From: Eledone cirrhosa
Taxonomy: Eukaryota
Assembly: GCA_964016885.1 (NCBI GenBank)
Contig: OZ024746.1
Coordinates: forward strand, 60,078,001-60,142,000
Reading direction: 5' to 3'
DNA length: 64,000 nucleotides
The notes under the pieces were generated by a model, which saw only the letters and a program-made list of their open reading frames with translations, ran no database searches and was not told where the DNA came from. Positions within the stretch are counted from its first letter, which is position 1. Each line of letters opens with the position of its first letter. Positions 25,915-39,856 of the stretch are shown here, one piece after another. Both the position numbers and the translations under genes were made by a program.

Positions 25915-25997
25915 AGTCTGATGAGCAGATCTGCAGGAGTCGGGTCTATAGCATTTACATGGATCTTGATCCACTCATCTGTGAAAGGGTCATGACT
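25915..25997 (+). ncRNA. Degenerate hammerhead-like motif
   Basis: CTGATGA-gcagat...atctgt-GAAA; cleavage-site region ambiguous; AATAAA at 26008. Confidence 0.4.
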
Positions 25998-26329
25998 ATG
26001 TACAATCAATAAAGACCTTAATGTGAAGCCTTATTTTGTTTTTAATATATATAGTCTGCAATAGCAAAGAGTGCTGATTTAGGTAAATTCCTCAGTAAAC
26101 CATGAATCTACTGAACCACTTATATATATATATATATATAAAATATTAAAAATATTAAAATTTTAATATTTTATCTTGACTCTGTATACCGTTTATCTTT
26201 CACCGAAAGTGATTTTTCATTACATCTCTTCTTTCCATGATATCCGGAATACATTGAGTTCTTCATACGGATTGGACACTACCGTAAACTCTTGGTAGAT
26301 TTATCTACATATATATATATATATATATA

Positions 26330-26815
26330 AAAGCATCCAGCACTCACTGTAAATGAGGTTGGTGTTAGGAAGGGCATCCAGCTGTAGAAATCAAGCCAGA
26401 ATCAGTTCCCGTATGAACAAAACAAGGTCAGCCGACTTGACACTGCCCACAACAGGACAACCCGTCTAACCCATGCTAGCATGGAAGAACGGATATAAAA
26501 CTGTGATGATGATGATATATATATATATCATCACCTATTAACATCCATTCTTCCACGCTAGTATGGGTTAGACGAGTTGTCCTGTTGTGAGAAATGCCAG
26601 GTCACGTGACCATGTCTTGCTCATACAGAACTGATTTTGACTTGGTTTCTACAGCTGGATGCCCTTCCTAACGCCAACCACATTTACAGTGAGTACTGGG
26701 TGCTTTTTGTCGTGACACCTACATGACTACTTTACTGTGTGTGCTGGGTGCTTTTTGTCATGACACCTATTCAACCACTTTACAGTGTTGGCTGGGCACT
26801 TTTTGTTGTGTTGCC
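26330..26815. mobile_element. Tail-to-tail pair of RTE-tail SINE/3'UTR fragments
   Basis: 26330-26516(+) and 26528-26815(-) share ttaggaagggcatccagctgtagaaa..cccatgctagc..gatgat. Confidence 0.75.
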
Positions 26816-26915
26816 ATATATAATGTAGGGAATTTCATAAAAAGTTTTATATCCAGAGTTAGCAGAGCACTCAGTTGTAATATGCAAAATTAGGTTAAAA
26901 TCACATTTTCATCTT

Positions 26916-26973
26916 TCAAATATGTGCACGCATTTCACTAACGAATTATTTCTGCATCAGCTCTTCAGTCCGA
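26916..26973 (-). ncRNA. Type I hammerhead ribozyme (G-U rich stems)
   Basis: tcgga-CTGAAGA-gctgatg...cgttagt-GAAA-tgcgtgcac-ATA-tttga. Confidence 0.6.
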
Positions 26974-27044
26974 CATTTTCAACAGATGAAAATGTTTTGA
27001 ACTTAACCTAACTTTGTGTGAGTGTATTTGTATATATATATATA

Positions 27045-27599
27045 TTAGAATTGGTGCTCTGAAATAGCGATGTATATATGAATGTATATATAGTGTATTT
27101 GGTAATATACTGTATGCTTAATTAAAAGCCTTTTGAAGACCTTATGCTATTGTTTTAAAGTAGTGACTATGTCACTTACTTCTTTTTTCAACAAAGGGAG
27201 ATAAGCTGACAGATCTCTGTTTCATACCGCAACCGCTCTGAATAATCAGTTCCTGATTAATACTGGAATTCTATAAGAATCCAACATTCATAATGTTCAA
27301 CAAACAAGGGGAGTACTAAGCTCTGAGGAATATCAACAGAATGAAACAGAGATCTGCCAGCTTATCTCCCTTTGTTTGTTGAAAAAAGAAGTAAGTGACA
27401 TAGTCACTACTTTAAAACAATAGCGTAAGGTCTTCAAAATGCTTTTAATTAAGCATACAGTGTATTACCAAATACACTATATATACATTCATATATACAT
27501 CGCTATTTCAAAGCACCAATTCTAATTTTTAACTTTTGCTGGACCAGCAACAGCTCTGTATAATCAGTTCCTGATTATTACTGGAATTCTATAAGAATC
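27045..27599 (+). mobile_element. Retrozyme/pLTR-like element: inverted partial copy, 318-bp monomer, start of second monomer
   Basis: 27045-27225 is the reverse complement of 27341-27525; 27229-27281 is directly repeated at 27547-27599; HHR inside the monomer. Confidence 0.8.
27301..27378 (+). ncRNA. Type I hammerhead ribozyme with long stem I
   Basis: caaacaagggga..taagct-CTGAGGA..GAAA-caga-ga-tctG-CC-agctta.tctccctttgtttg; the inverted arm keeps GTC at the cleavage site. Confidence 0.65.
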
Positions 27600-27915
27600 A
27601 CATGTCCATACCATCTCAGCCTTCTCTCCTGCACACCATAACTTATCTCTCTTATAGTTTCTTTCTCAACTCGCCTATACTTGGTTGTTCACGCACATTG
27701 ACATTGCACATCCAACGGAGCATACTTGCTTCATTTCTCTCCAGCCATCGCATATCACCATTTAATATCCATTTTTCCATGCTAGCATAGATTAGACGAG
27801 TTGTCCCGTTATGATATAAGCTTGGTCAGATGACCATGTCTTGCTCATACAGAACTGATTTTGGCTTCATTTACACGGTGCTTTTTGTCATGACACCTAC
27901 ATGACTATTTTACAA
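27600..27915 (-). mobile_element. RTE ORF fragment fused to an RTE-type tail fragment
   Basis: Reverse complement of RWLERNEASMLRWMCNVNVRE..RRLRWYGH. Confidence 0.75.
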
Positions 27916-28469
27916 TATATATATATGTGTGTGTGTGTGTGTGTTTGTATTTGTTAGTGGCTGGAAATGCTCATTTGCATATAATGTAGACTTGGCTGGT
28001 TATATTTAATTATCAGTAGCACTAAGACAGTGTTTAAGCATAATAGAGATCATCACTTTACGTCCGCTTTTCCCTGCTTGCAAGGGTGGGACAGGAACTG
28101 ATTCTGGCTTAATTTCTACAGCTGGATGCCCTTCCTAACACCAACCTCATTTACAGTGAGTGCTGGGTGCTTTTTTGCTGTGGCACTTCCACGACCACTT
28201 TGCAGTGGAATGATAGGGACCCCAGTCCTATCATCTCATTTCTACAGCTGAGTAAACTGGAGCAATGTGAAATAAAATGTCTTGCTCAAAGAAACAACAC
28301 ATCACCCGGTCTGAGAATTGAACACACAACCTTTCGATTGCAAGACCAATGCTCTAACCACTAAGCCATGTGCCTCCAGAGGTGTATATGAAAACAAATA
28401 TATGGAAGAAAAACTTTTCATAATGAAAAAAATTATTTTTCTATTTTCCTCTGCGTATGTAATATGAAT

Positions 28470-28478
28470 ATAAGTGTG

Positions 28479-28543
<65 letters not shown>

Positions 28544-28559
28544 ATGTATGTATGTATAA

Positions 28560-28601
<42 letters not shown>

Positions 28602-28640
28602 GTGTATGTATGTATGTATAAATATAAATATATGTATAAA

Positions 28641-28672
<32 letters not shown>

Positions 28673-28742
28673 AATGTGTATGTGTATGTATGTATAAATA
28701 TATATATATATATATATATATAAATGTGTATGTGTATGTATG

Positions 28743-28827
<85 letters not shown>
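28470..28827. repeat. Compound (TA)n/(GA)n microsatellite
   Basis: Simple repeats. Confidence 0.95.
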
Positions 28828-28829
<2 letters not shown>

Positions 28830-29239
28830 TATGCATACAAACATACATGCCAAACAAATTAATGTTGTGGGGTGGAGAAACCGGAGGTAGATATAGTACA
28901 TATGAGGTTATAATATAACAGGTGTAGGCGTGTATATTTCCTGCTAGAGTTTCCTGATGGCAGTCAGTGTCAGGGGGAGATAAGGAGGGTTGACTGCAGT
29001 AGTGGTGGCAGTGGTGCTGGTAGTAGTAGTAGTAGTAGTGGCACTGTTAGTGATGGTAGTGTTTCATTGATAAAAATGCCATATCTAACAATTGGCCTAG
29101 CCTGCTAGTTCAGAGTAGCAAAATAGTATTTATTGATGGAATGGTCATGGCTGGAATGCCTTTGATCTTAGAGTTGCTTGATTAGGGTTGACCTGGTGCT
29201 AAACAACTGCAACACTGCTGCATTCACAAGTCAACATCC

Positions 29240-32200
29240 CCACCACTATTACCACCATACCACCACTACACTATTCTGCACCATACCACCACTACACTAC
29301 ACTACTCCACACCATGCCACCACTACACTACTCCACACCATACCACCACTACACTACTCCACACCATGCCACCACTACACTACTCCACACCATACCGCCA
29401 CTACACTACTCCACACCATACCGCCACTACACTACTCCACACCATGCCACCACTACACTACTCCACACCATACCGCCACTACACTACTCCACACCATACC
29501 GCCACTACACTACTCCACACCATGCCACCACTACACTACTCCACACCATGCCACCACTACACTACTCCACACCATGCCACCACTACACTACACTAATCTG
29601 CACCATACTGCCACTACACTACTCCACACCATGCCACCACTACACTACACTAATCTGCACCATACCGCCACTACACTACTCCACACCATACCGCCACTAC
29701 ACTACTCCACACCATGCCACCACTACACTACTCCACACCATGCCACCACTACACTACTCCACACCATACCGCCACTACACTACTCCACACCATGCCACCA
29801 CTACACTACTCCACACCGTGCCACCACTACACTACTCCACACCATGCCACCACTACACTACTCCACACCATGCCACCACTACACTACTCCACACCATACC
29901 GCCACTACACTACTCTACACCATGCCACCACTACACTACTCCACACCATGCCACCACTACACTAGTCTGCACCATACCGCCACTACACTACTCCATACCA
30001 TACCGCCACTACACTACTCCACACCATGCCACCACTACACTACACTACTCCACACCATACAGCCACTACACTACTCTACACTATGCCACCACTACACTAC
30101 ACTACTCCACACCATGCCACCACTACACTACACTAATCTGCACCATACCGCCACTACACTACTCCACACCATACAGCCACTACACTACTCCACACCATAC
30201 AGCGACTACACTACTCCACACCATGCCACCACTACACTACTCCACACCATGCCACCACTACACTACACTAATCTGCACCATACTGCCACTACACTACTCC
30301 ACACCATACCGCCACTACACTACTCCACACCATGCCACCACTACACTACTCCACACCATACCACCACTACACTACTCCACACCATACCGCCACTACACTA
30401 CTCCACACCATGCCACCACTACACTACTCCACACCATGCCACCACTACACTACACTAATCTGCACCATACCGCCACTACACTACTCCACACCATGCCACC
30501 ACTACACTACTCCACACCATGCCACCACTACACTACTCCACACCATGCCACCACTACACTACACTAATCTGCACCATACCGCCACTACACTACTCCACAC
30601 CATACCGCCACTACACTACACTAATCTGCACCATACCGCCACTACACTACTCCACACCATGCCACCACTACACTACACTACTCCACACCATACCGCCACT
30701 ACACTACTCCACACCATGCCACCACTACACTACTCCACACCATGCCACCACTACACTACACTAATCTGCACCATACCGCCACTACACTACTCCACACCAT
30801 GCCACCACTACACTACTCCACACCATGCCACCACTACACTACTCCACACCATGCCACCACTACACTACACTAATCTGCACCATACCGCCACTACACTACT
30901 CCACACCATGCAACCACTACACTACACTACTCCACACCATGCCACCACTACACTACACTACTCCACACCATGCCACCACTACACTATTCCACACCATACC
31001 GCCACTACACTACTCCACACCATGCCACCACTACACTACACTAATCTGCACCATACCGCCACTACACTACTCCACACCATACAGCCACTACACTACTCCA
31101 CACCATACCGCCACTACACTACTCCACACCATACCGCCACTACACTACTCCACACCATGCCACCACTACACTACTCCACACCATACAGCCACTACACTAC
31201 TCCACACCATACAGCCACTACACTACTCCACACCATGCCACCACTACACTACTCTACACCATGCCACCACTACACTACACTAATCTGCACCATACCGCCA
31301 CTACACTACTCCACACCATACCGCCACTACACTATTCCACACCATGCCACCACTACACTACTCCACACCATACCGCCACTACACTACTCCACACCATGCC
31401 ACCACTACACTACTCCACACCATGCCACCACTACACTACACTAATCTGCACCATACCGCCACTACACTACTCCACACCATGCCACCACTACACTACTCCA
31501 CACCATGCCACCACTACACTACACTAATCTGCACCATACCACCACTACACTACTCCACACCATGCCACCACTACACTACTCCACACCATGCCACCACTAC
31601 ACTACACTAATCTGCACCATACCGCCACTACACTACTCCACACCATGCCACCACTACACTACACTACTCCACACCATGCCACCACTACACTACACTAATC
31701 TGCACCATACCGCCACTACACTACTCCACACCATGCCACCACTACACTACTCCACACCATGCCACCACTACACTACACTAATCTGCACCATACCGCCACT
31801 ACACTACTCCACACCATGCCACCACTACACTACACTAATCTGCACCATACCGCCACTACACTACTCCACACCATGCCACCACTACACTACTCCACACCAT
31901 GCCACCACTACACTACACTAATCTGCACCATACCGCCACTACACTACTCCACACCATGCCACCACTACACTACACTACTCCACACCATGCCACCACTACA
32001 CTACACTAATCTGCACCATACCGCCACTACACTACTCCACACCATGCCACCACTACACTACACTACTCCACACCATGCCACCACTACACTACACTAATCT
32101 GCACCATACCGCCACTACACTACTCCACACCATGCCACCACTACACTACTCCACACCATGCCACCACTACACTACACTAATCTGCACCATACCGCCACTA

Positions 32201-35200
32201 CACTACTCCACACCATGCCACCACTACACTACACTACTCCACACCATGCCACCACTACACTACACTAATCTGCACCATACCGCCACTACACTACTCCACA
32301 CCATGCCACCACTACACTACACTAATCTGCACCATACCACCACTACACTACTCCACACCATGCCACCACTACACTACTCCACACCATGCCACCACTACAC
32401 TACACTAATCTGCACCATACTGCCACTACACTACTCCACACCATGCCACCACTACACTACTCCACACCATGCCACCACTACACTACACTAATCTGCACCA
32501 TACCGCCACTACACTACTCCACACCATACAGCCACTACACTACTCCACACCATACCGCCACTACACTACTCCACACCATACCGCCACTACACTACTCCAC
32601 ACCATACCGCCACTACACTACTCCACACCATGCCACCACTACACTACTCCACACCATACAGCCACTACACTACTCCACACCATACAGCCACTACACTACT
32701 CCACACCATGCCACCACTACACTACTCTACACCATGCCACCACTACACTACACTAATCTGCACCATACCGCCACTACACTATTCCACACCATACCACCAC
32801 TACACTACTCCACACCATGCCACCACTACACTACACTACTCCACACCATGCCACCACTACACTACTCCACACCATGCCACCACTACACTACACTAATCTG
32901 CACCATACTGCCACTACACTACTCCACACCATACCACCACTACACTACTCCACACCATGCCACCACTACACTACTCCACACCATGCCACCACTACACTAC
33001 TCCACACCATACCACCACTACACTACTCCACACCATGCCACCACTACACTACACTAATCTGCACCATACCACCACTACACTACTCCACACCATACCACCA
33101 CTACACTACTCCACACCATGCCACCACTACACTACTCCACACCATACCACCACTACACTACTCCACACCATACCGCCACTACACTATTCCACACCATGCC
33201 ACCACTACACTACACTAATCTGCACCATACTGCCACTACACTACTCCACACCATGCCACCACTACACTACTCCACACCATGCCACCACTACACTACTCCA
33301 CACCATGCCACCACTACACTACACTAATCTGCACCATACCACCACTACACTACTCCACACCATACCACCACTACACTACTCCACACCATGCCACCACTAC
33401 ACTACTCCACACCATGCCACCACTACACTACACTAATCTGCACCATACCACCACTACACTACTCCACACCATACCACCACTACACTACTCCACACCATAC
33501 CGCCACTACACTATTCCACACCATGCCACCACTACACTACTCCACACCATGCCACCACTACACTACTCCACACCATACCGCCACTACACTACTCCACACC
33601 ATGCCACCACTACACTACTCCACACCATACCGCCACTACACTACTCCACACCATACCGCCACTACACTATTCCACACCATACCGCCACTACACTACTCCA
33701 CACCATACCACCACTACACTACTCCACACCATGCCACCACTACACTACACTACTCCACACCATGCCACCACTACACTACTCCACACCATGCCACCACTAC
33801 ACTACACTAATCTGCACCATACTGCCACTACACTACTCCACACCATACCACCACTACACTACTCCACACCATGCCACCACTACACTACTCCACACCATGC
33901 CACCACTACACTACTCCACACCATGCCACCACTACACTACACTAATCTGCACCATACCACCACTACACTACTCCACACCATGCCACCACTACACTACTCC
34001 ACACCATGCCACCACTACACTACTCCACACCATGCCACCACTACACTACACTAATCTGCACCATACTGCCACTACACTACTCCACACCATACCGCCACTA
34101 CACTATTCCACACCATGCCACCACTACACTACACTAATCTGCACCATACCACCACTACACTACTCCACACCATGCCACCACTACACTACTCCACACCATG
34201 CCACCACTACACTACTCCACACCATGCCACCACTACACTACACTAATCTGCACCATACCACCACTACACTACTCCACACCATACCGCCACTACACTATTC
34301 CACACCATGCCACCACTACACTACACTATTCCACACCATACCGCCACTACACTACTCCACACCATGCCACCACTACACTACTCCACACCATGCCACCACT
34401 ACACTAAACTAATCTGCACCATACTGCCACTACACTACTCCACACCATGCCACCACTACACTACTCCACACCATGCCACCACTACACTACTCCACACCAT
34501 ACCGCCACTACACTACACTAATCTGCACCATACCACCACTACACTACTCCACACCATACTGCCACTACACTATTCCACACCATGCCACCACTACACTATT
34601 CCACACCATGCCACCACTACACTACACTAACCTGCACCATACCACCACTACACTACTCCACACCATGCCACCACTACACTACTCCACACCATACCGCCAC
34701 TACACTATTCCACACCATGCCACCACTACACTACTCCACACCATGCCACCACTACACTACTCCACACCATGCCACCACTACACTACACTAATCTGCACCA
34801 TACCACCACTACACTATTCCACACCATACCGCCACTACACTACTCCACACCATGCCACCACTACACTACTCCACACCATGCCACCACTACACTACACTAA
34901 TCTGCACCATACTGCCACTACACTACTCCACACCATGCCACCACTACACTACTCCACACCATACCGCCACTACACTATTCCACACCATGCCACCACTACA
35001 CTACACTAATCTGCACCATACCGCCACTACACTATTCCACACCATACCGCCACTACACTACTCCACACCATACAGCCACTACACTACTCCACACCATGCC
35101 ACCACTACACTACTCCACACCATACCGCCACTACACTACACTACTCCACACCATGCCACCACTACACTACTCCACACCATGCCACCACTACACTACTCCA

Positions 35201-35357
35201 CACCATGCCACCACTACATTACTCCACACCATGCCACCACTACACTACTCCACACCATGCCACCACTACATTACTCCACACCATGCCACCACTACATTAC
35301 TCCACACCATGCCACCACTACATTACTCTACCCCATGCCACCACTACACTACACTAG
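29240..35357. repeat. Satellite array, 26-bp unit (accatgccaccactacactactccac) with 31-bp variants
   Basis: ~6.1 kb uninterrupted tandem array; the His/Thr/Pro ORFs are artefacts of it. Confidence 0.97.
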
Positions 35358-35631
35358 TCTACACCAGTACTACCACACTCACCATCAATACAATGACAAC
35401 TGCATTTCCAACAGCACTAGGCCTACACCTATCACTATTACCACCATCACCACCACCATCACCACCACCATCACCACCACCATCACCACTACCATCACAA
35501 TCACTGCCACCATTCTAAAAGGTCAAATATTCAACAATACTTCCTCTGCTGTGAAGCTGCCCTAATTGGTTACATCTACTTTTTTGGAGAGAACTGTTAC
35601 ACACACATACATTCATATAAACACATATATG

Positions 35632-35681
<50 letters not shown>

Positions 35682-35761
35682 AACACATACATGTATATAT
35701 ATATACACACACAAACATACATACATACATGCATGCATGCATGCATACATACATACATACA

Positions 35762-36045
35762 TGGTGGCTGCCAACTCGTTTTCGAGTATGGCCACTACTT
35801 TATATCCATGTAGGAGAACTCCTACCGATGCGCTGAACGAGTGTGACTTTTTAGTCCAGCCAGCGACTTGAACACTCTGGTACAAACACTACACTTGTGA
35901 CAATTATTGACACATAGTGCTGGGCCCATGGTACCATGTGACGACAAGTGCAGAGAGATCTCCAGATATAAAGCAATGCCTGTGCCGTGAAACTTTTATA
36001 GTGAGCAAAGGCACTGCACAAAGCCAGTCCCACTCTCTTAACCAC
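35762..36045. mobile_element. Unclassified ~285-bp insert within (CATA)n
   Basis: Higher-GC unique sequence bounded on both sides by (CATA)n. Confidence 0.35.
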
Positions 36046-36369
36046 ATACATGCATACATACATACATACATACATACATACATACATACATACATACATA
36101 CATACATACATAGATATAACGATGATGATGATGATAGATATACACACATATATAGTATAAAAGATGAGTAAATAATTGATATACATATATCATGTAGTTT
36201 ATTGATTAGCTGGAAATAGAGAATTTCTAGCATCGGAAAATATCTTTAAATAAGTACATATATATTTTCATATAAAACACACACATATATGTTACTATTG
36301 TCGAACATGAGAATGAATACTCAATAGCTCGGTAGAGATTAATTGGTGTCTTTCTACATATTCAGTGTA

Positions 36370-36420
36370 TTTGTGTCTGATGAACCAGTGACATGCCAGA
36401 GAAACTCTGGAGTTACCATA
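36370..36420 (+). ncRNA. Degenerate hammerhead motif
   Basis: CTGATGA...GAAA-ctc-tg-gaG-TT; near-palindromic stem III (actctggagt), decayed stem II. Confidence 0.4.
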
Positions 36421-36591
36421 TTAGTGGATCAGCCTTAGTATACTATATATATATATATATATATACACACACATAACGCTTGCATGGCTGTGTGGTTAAA
36501 GCTTTCCTGATGATTCCTTTTGAATGCTTTTTTGAATGAAATAGTTCTAGTCCAGTAGAAGCCATTTCTGTATTAAACTTGGTATATATAT

Positions 36592-36751
36592 ATCATCATC
36601 ATCATCATCGTTTAACGTCCATCTTCCACGCTTGCATGGGTTTGGATGGGAGTTTTCCCACTTGAGGCAAGATTGGTTGTCCTGCTCGTATAGGACTGTC
36701 TGGCGGGTTTTCTACGGCTGGATGCCCTTCCTAACACCAACCACGTTTACA

Positions 36752-36791
<40 letters not shown>

Positions 36792-37368
36792 ATAATAATA
36801 AATGTGAAGACTAAAATCAAAAGTTCCAGAAGATCCTGTTATGGGTGAAAGCAGCGATTCTTTGCTTAAACTTTAATCTGTTATTTTAATAAATATATAT
36901 ATATGTCACTGGATCGAGATCTATGGCGCTATGCAGTAATACAGAAGATCCACCTTCCCTTACGTACAAACTTAGACCTAGAGTCAGTATGCACCTCTTA
37001 ATCCAATATACACCCCCACCCCACACACTCTACTCCATCCTCCCACTTCTGCCCACATCACCCTACCTCTGTAAAGTTATGTTGGTACGAGAGAACATCC
37101 AGTCCACAGTAAAGTGACCGTGTAGGTGTCACGACAAAAAGCACTCGGTCTACATTGTAAAGTGGTCGTGTTGGAGACACAGTAAAAACGCTCCCAGTCC
37201 ACACTGTAAATGTGGTTGGCGTTAGGAAGGGCATCCAGCTATAGAAAACCAGCCAGAAACAGATCTATAATGAGCGAAACACGGTAACCTGACCAATCTT
37301 GCCTCAAGTGGGACAAACCCATTTAACCCATGATAGTGTGGAAGATGGACATTAAACGATGATGATGA

Positions 37369-37372
<4 letters not shown>
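36592..37372. mobile_element. RTE 3'UTR/tail fragments (36592-36755 minus; 36906-37372 plus)
   Basis: Homologous to 955-1410. Confidence 0.8.
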
Positions 37373-37431
<59 letters not shown>

Positions 37432-37446
37432 GGAATCATCAGGAAA

Positions 37447-37496
37447 GCTTTCCTGATGATTTCTTTTGAATGAAACAGTTCTAGTCCTGTAGAGGC
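37447..37496 (+). ncRNA. Type I hammerhead ribozyme preceded by a short fold-back
   Basis: gctttc-CTGATGA-t-ttc-tttt-gaa-t-GAAA-cag-ttctagtc-ctG-TA-gagg; palindrome 37428-37467; more decayed sibling at 36501-36562. Confidence 0.65.
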
Positions 37497-39856
37497 CATT
37501 TCTATATTAAACTTGATGTTTACATTCTACTAATGTAGTGAGTACCTCACTAACTATGGATACCTCCGATTGAACCCAGGACTCATACACTCACAGTCTC
37601 CTTGAAAAATTTTTTTCATACTCACGCATATATACACACATAGCTGGGATAGGCACATTTTTTGTGAGCAGTGAGCCAGTGATGTTATACCCAATGGAAC
37701 CCTTCAGAAACTTTCATATCCCTTAAGACTATTTCAATAAAAAGTCATGTAATATTTATTCTAATCTCTTGTTTAACCCTTTAGCATTTACGTTATTCTA
37801 AATATACTATTGTATTCTAAATATACTATTGAAATATACTATTTCACATATAATATCGAATCTATGAGATTTTGATATTATTTATTTTGAGAATAATACT
37901 TTAACATTAATATGAGTGGCCAGTTACAACCAGTTAGAACAGAAAGGGGTGAGAGAATTCTGGCCAGATATGGCCAGTTTAATTGCTAAAGTGTTAACCA
38001 TTCTATGTCCACATTTCTAATAAAATACACAATGTCTGTTTCAATTAATTTTGAAAATAATCAAGAATTTAGTAAAATATCTAATGTTGTCATCATTATA
38101 CTGGTTAGGAATTAGTAAACATTTGAGCATAGGACAGATGTGGCGGACCTTTTCAATCTAAAGAACCATTTTTAGCTAAAAAAATATAATAATTGAGACT
38201 ATTGAAACTGCATATTTTGTTATAAATCAAATACATAGATGAAAAGGTGAATTTAGCTACCTTTTTTTCTTACTCAATACGATTTTTAGCTTTGAATCTT
38301 ATCTGAAAATGTTTCAATGTCTAGATCATAAATCATAGTTTTTATTTTAATACAAGATTGCAGATTTAATAAAATTAAAATATAAATTTCAGAGTATCTC
38401 AGAAACACTCAAGTTAGGTTCCCGGCCACTGGTACACACGTACACACACACACAATCTTACATTTTATGAACACAAACATTTAAACCCATTTCACAACAG
38501 CCTGCCTGAAACTGCCTTTTTATTCTCTGATGAAAAATTGTTTGCTTTGAAGTGTTCATACCTAAATTTAAACCTTCCATTATAATTTTTTCTCTAAGAA
38601 CATTTTCTTATTTCGGTTCGAAGCACCAGCTTAATAATAGGAAAGTTAGTTATAATAATATATCTCTCAAAAGTTTTGATTAATTGAATATTATGGCAAT
38701 GAATAAGTGGAAAGGCACCGATGTATTTATAGTTATCTAAAAACCTTTGTTAAGTCATGTCCCAAATACCAGCTAGATAAAAAAAAGTTAGTTATTATTA
38801 CTAAATCCCTCCAAATTTTTTATTATGTGTTTTTATTAACAGAAAATTATGCATTAGTACATTTCATAATAAATATGGTAACAGAAGGGTGAAACTAAAA
38901 GCATAAATTTGTCAGAAATAAAGGGTTTTAGAAATGGAGGGCATGTCCTTTACAATATAGCTTCTAGGGGCATCTCTGTAAGTGGATTACAAAGCAGTGA
39001 AGAAAAGGGAAGTGACTGATATTTAAGAAATCTTATGATATATATATAGGGAATAATACAACACCAGAGTGACCCTGATCCCACAACCCCTCACACCACA
39101 TTTGATCCTACTTCCTCTAAACACTATGAATAATATCATTGGGGAGTAAAGAGGGGTGAAAACAACAGGAGGAGGAGGCGGTGGTGGAAGTAAGCCTGTG
39201 ATTCAATGAAATATCTCCTATGGAAGCCCCTGAGGGATATAAACACTGTCAAACACTAGTGACAGCTGATGTAACACAATTCACAGTAAAATAGAAGAGC
39301 AGCAGGGAGGGAGAAATAAGAGATGTAGTGTGACTGGGAGGGTGGGGTGAAATGAAAGACTAGATAATCTGGAGTGGGTGTATAAAGCAGGATGCATATA
39401 TGAAAGAAACAGATAAATTAGAGTTAGTTCATTGTGTATATAACAGGAGTTTCAAATTCAATAACTCAAAATGGCCATTACACCCTGGGGAAGAGGCACA
39501 GTGGCATAGTGTGTCAAAAGTGTGATGAGAAGCAGGGTGAGGGGGGGGGGCATGTTTTCAACCAGTGAGAATGTTAATCTGCAATACAGCTGACAGGCTG
39601 CGGCTATTTTTTTTTTTTTTTATTAAAATGAATATGCATATGATAGTGAGAGATAAATTAGCACAAAATGTTGGGTGACACATTTTCCATTTCAAATTTT
39701 CCTTAATTAGTTAGGAAAATTGTTCTACCACTGCCCATAGAAAAGTAGTTTGCAGGCTACATTTTTGAGATCCCTGGTATATATGGATTGTGTTCATATA
39801 TGTGTGTGTGTATATAGATATATATGTGTGTATATATATATATATATAAGTAAGAA

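Noticed and set aside
29240-35357. CRISPR array
   Set aside because: No unique spacers, no cas genes, eukaryotic context
29178-35565. Long His/Thr/Pro-rich ORFs (up to 426 aa)
   Set aside because: Translations of a 26/31-bp satellite; open in all plus frames and unit length not a multiple of 3
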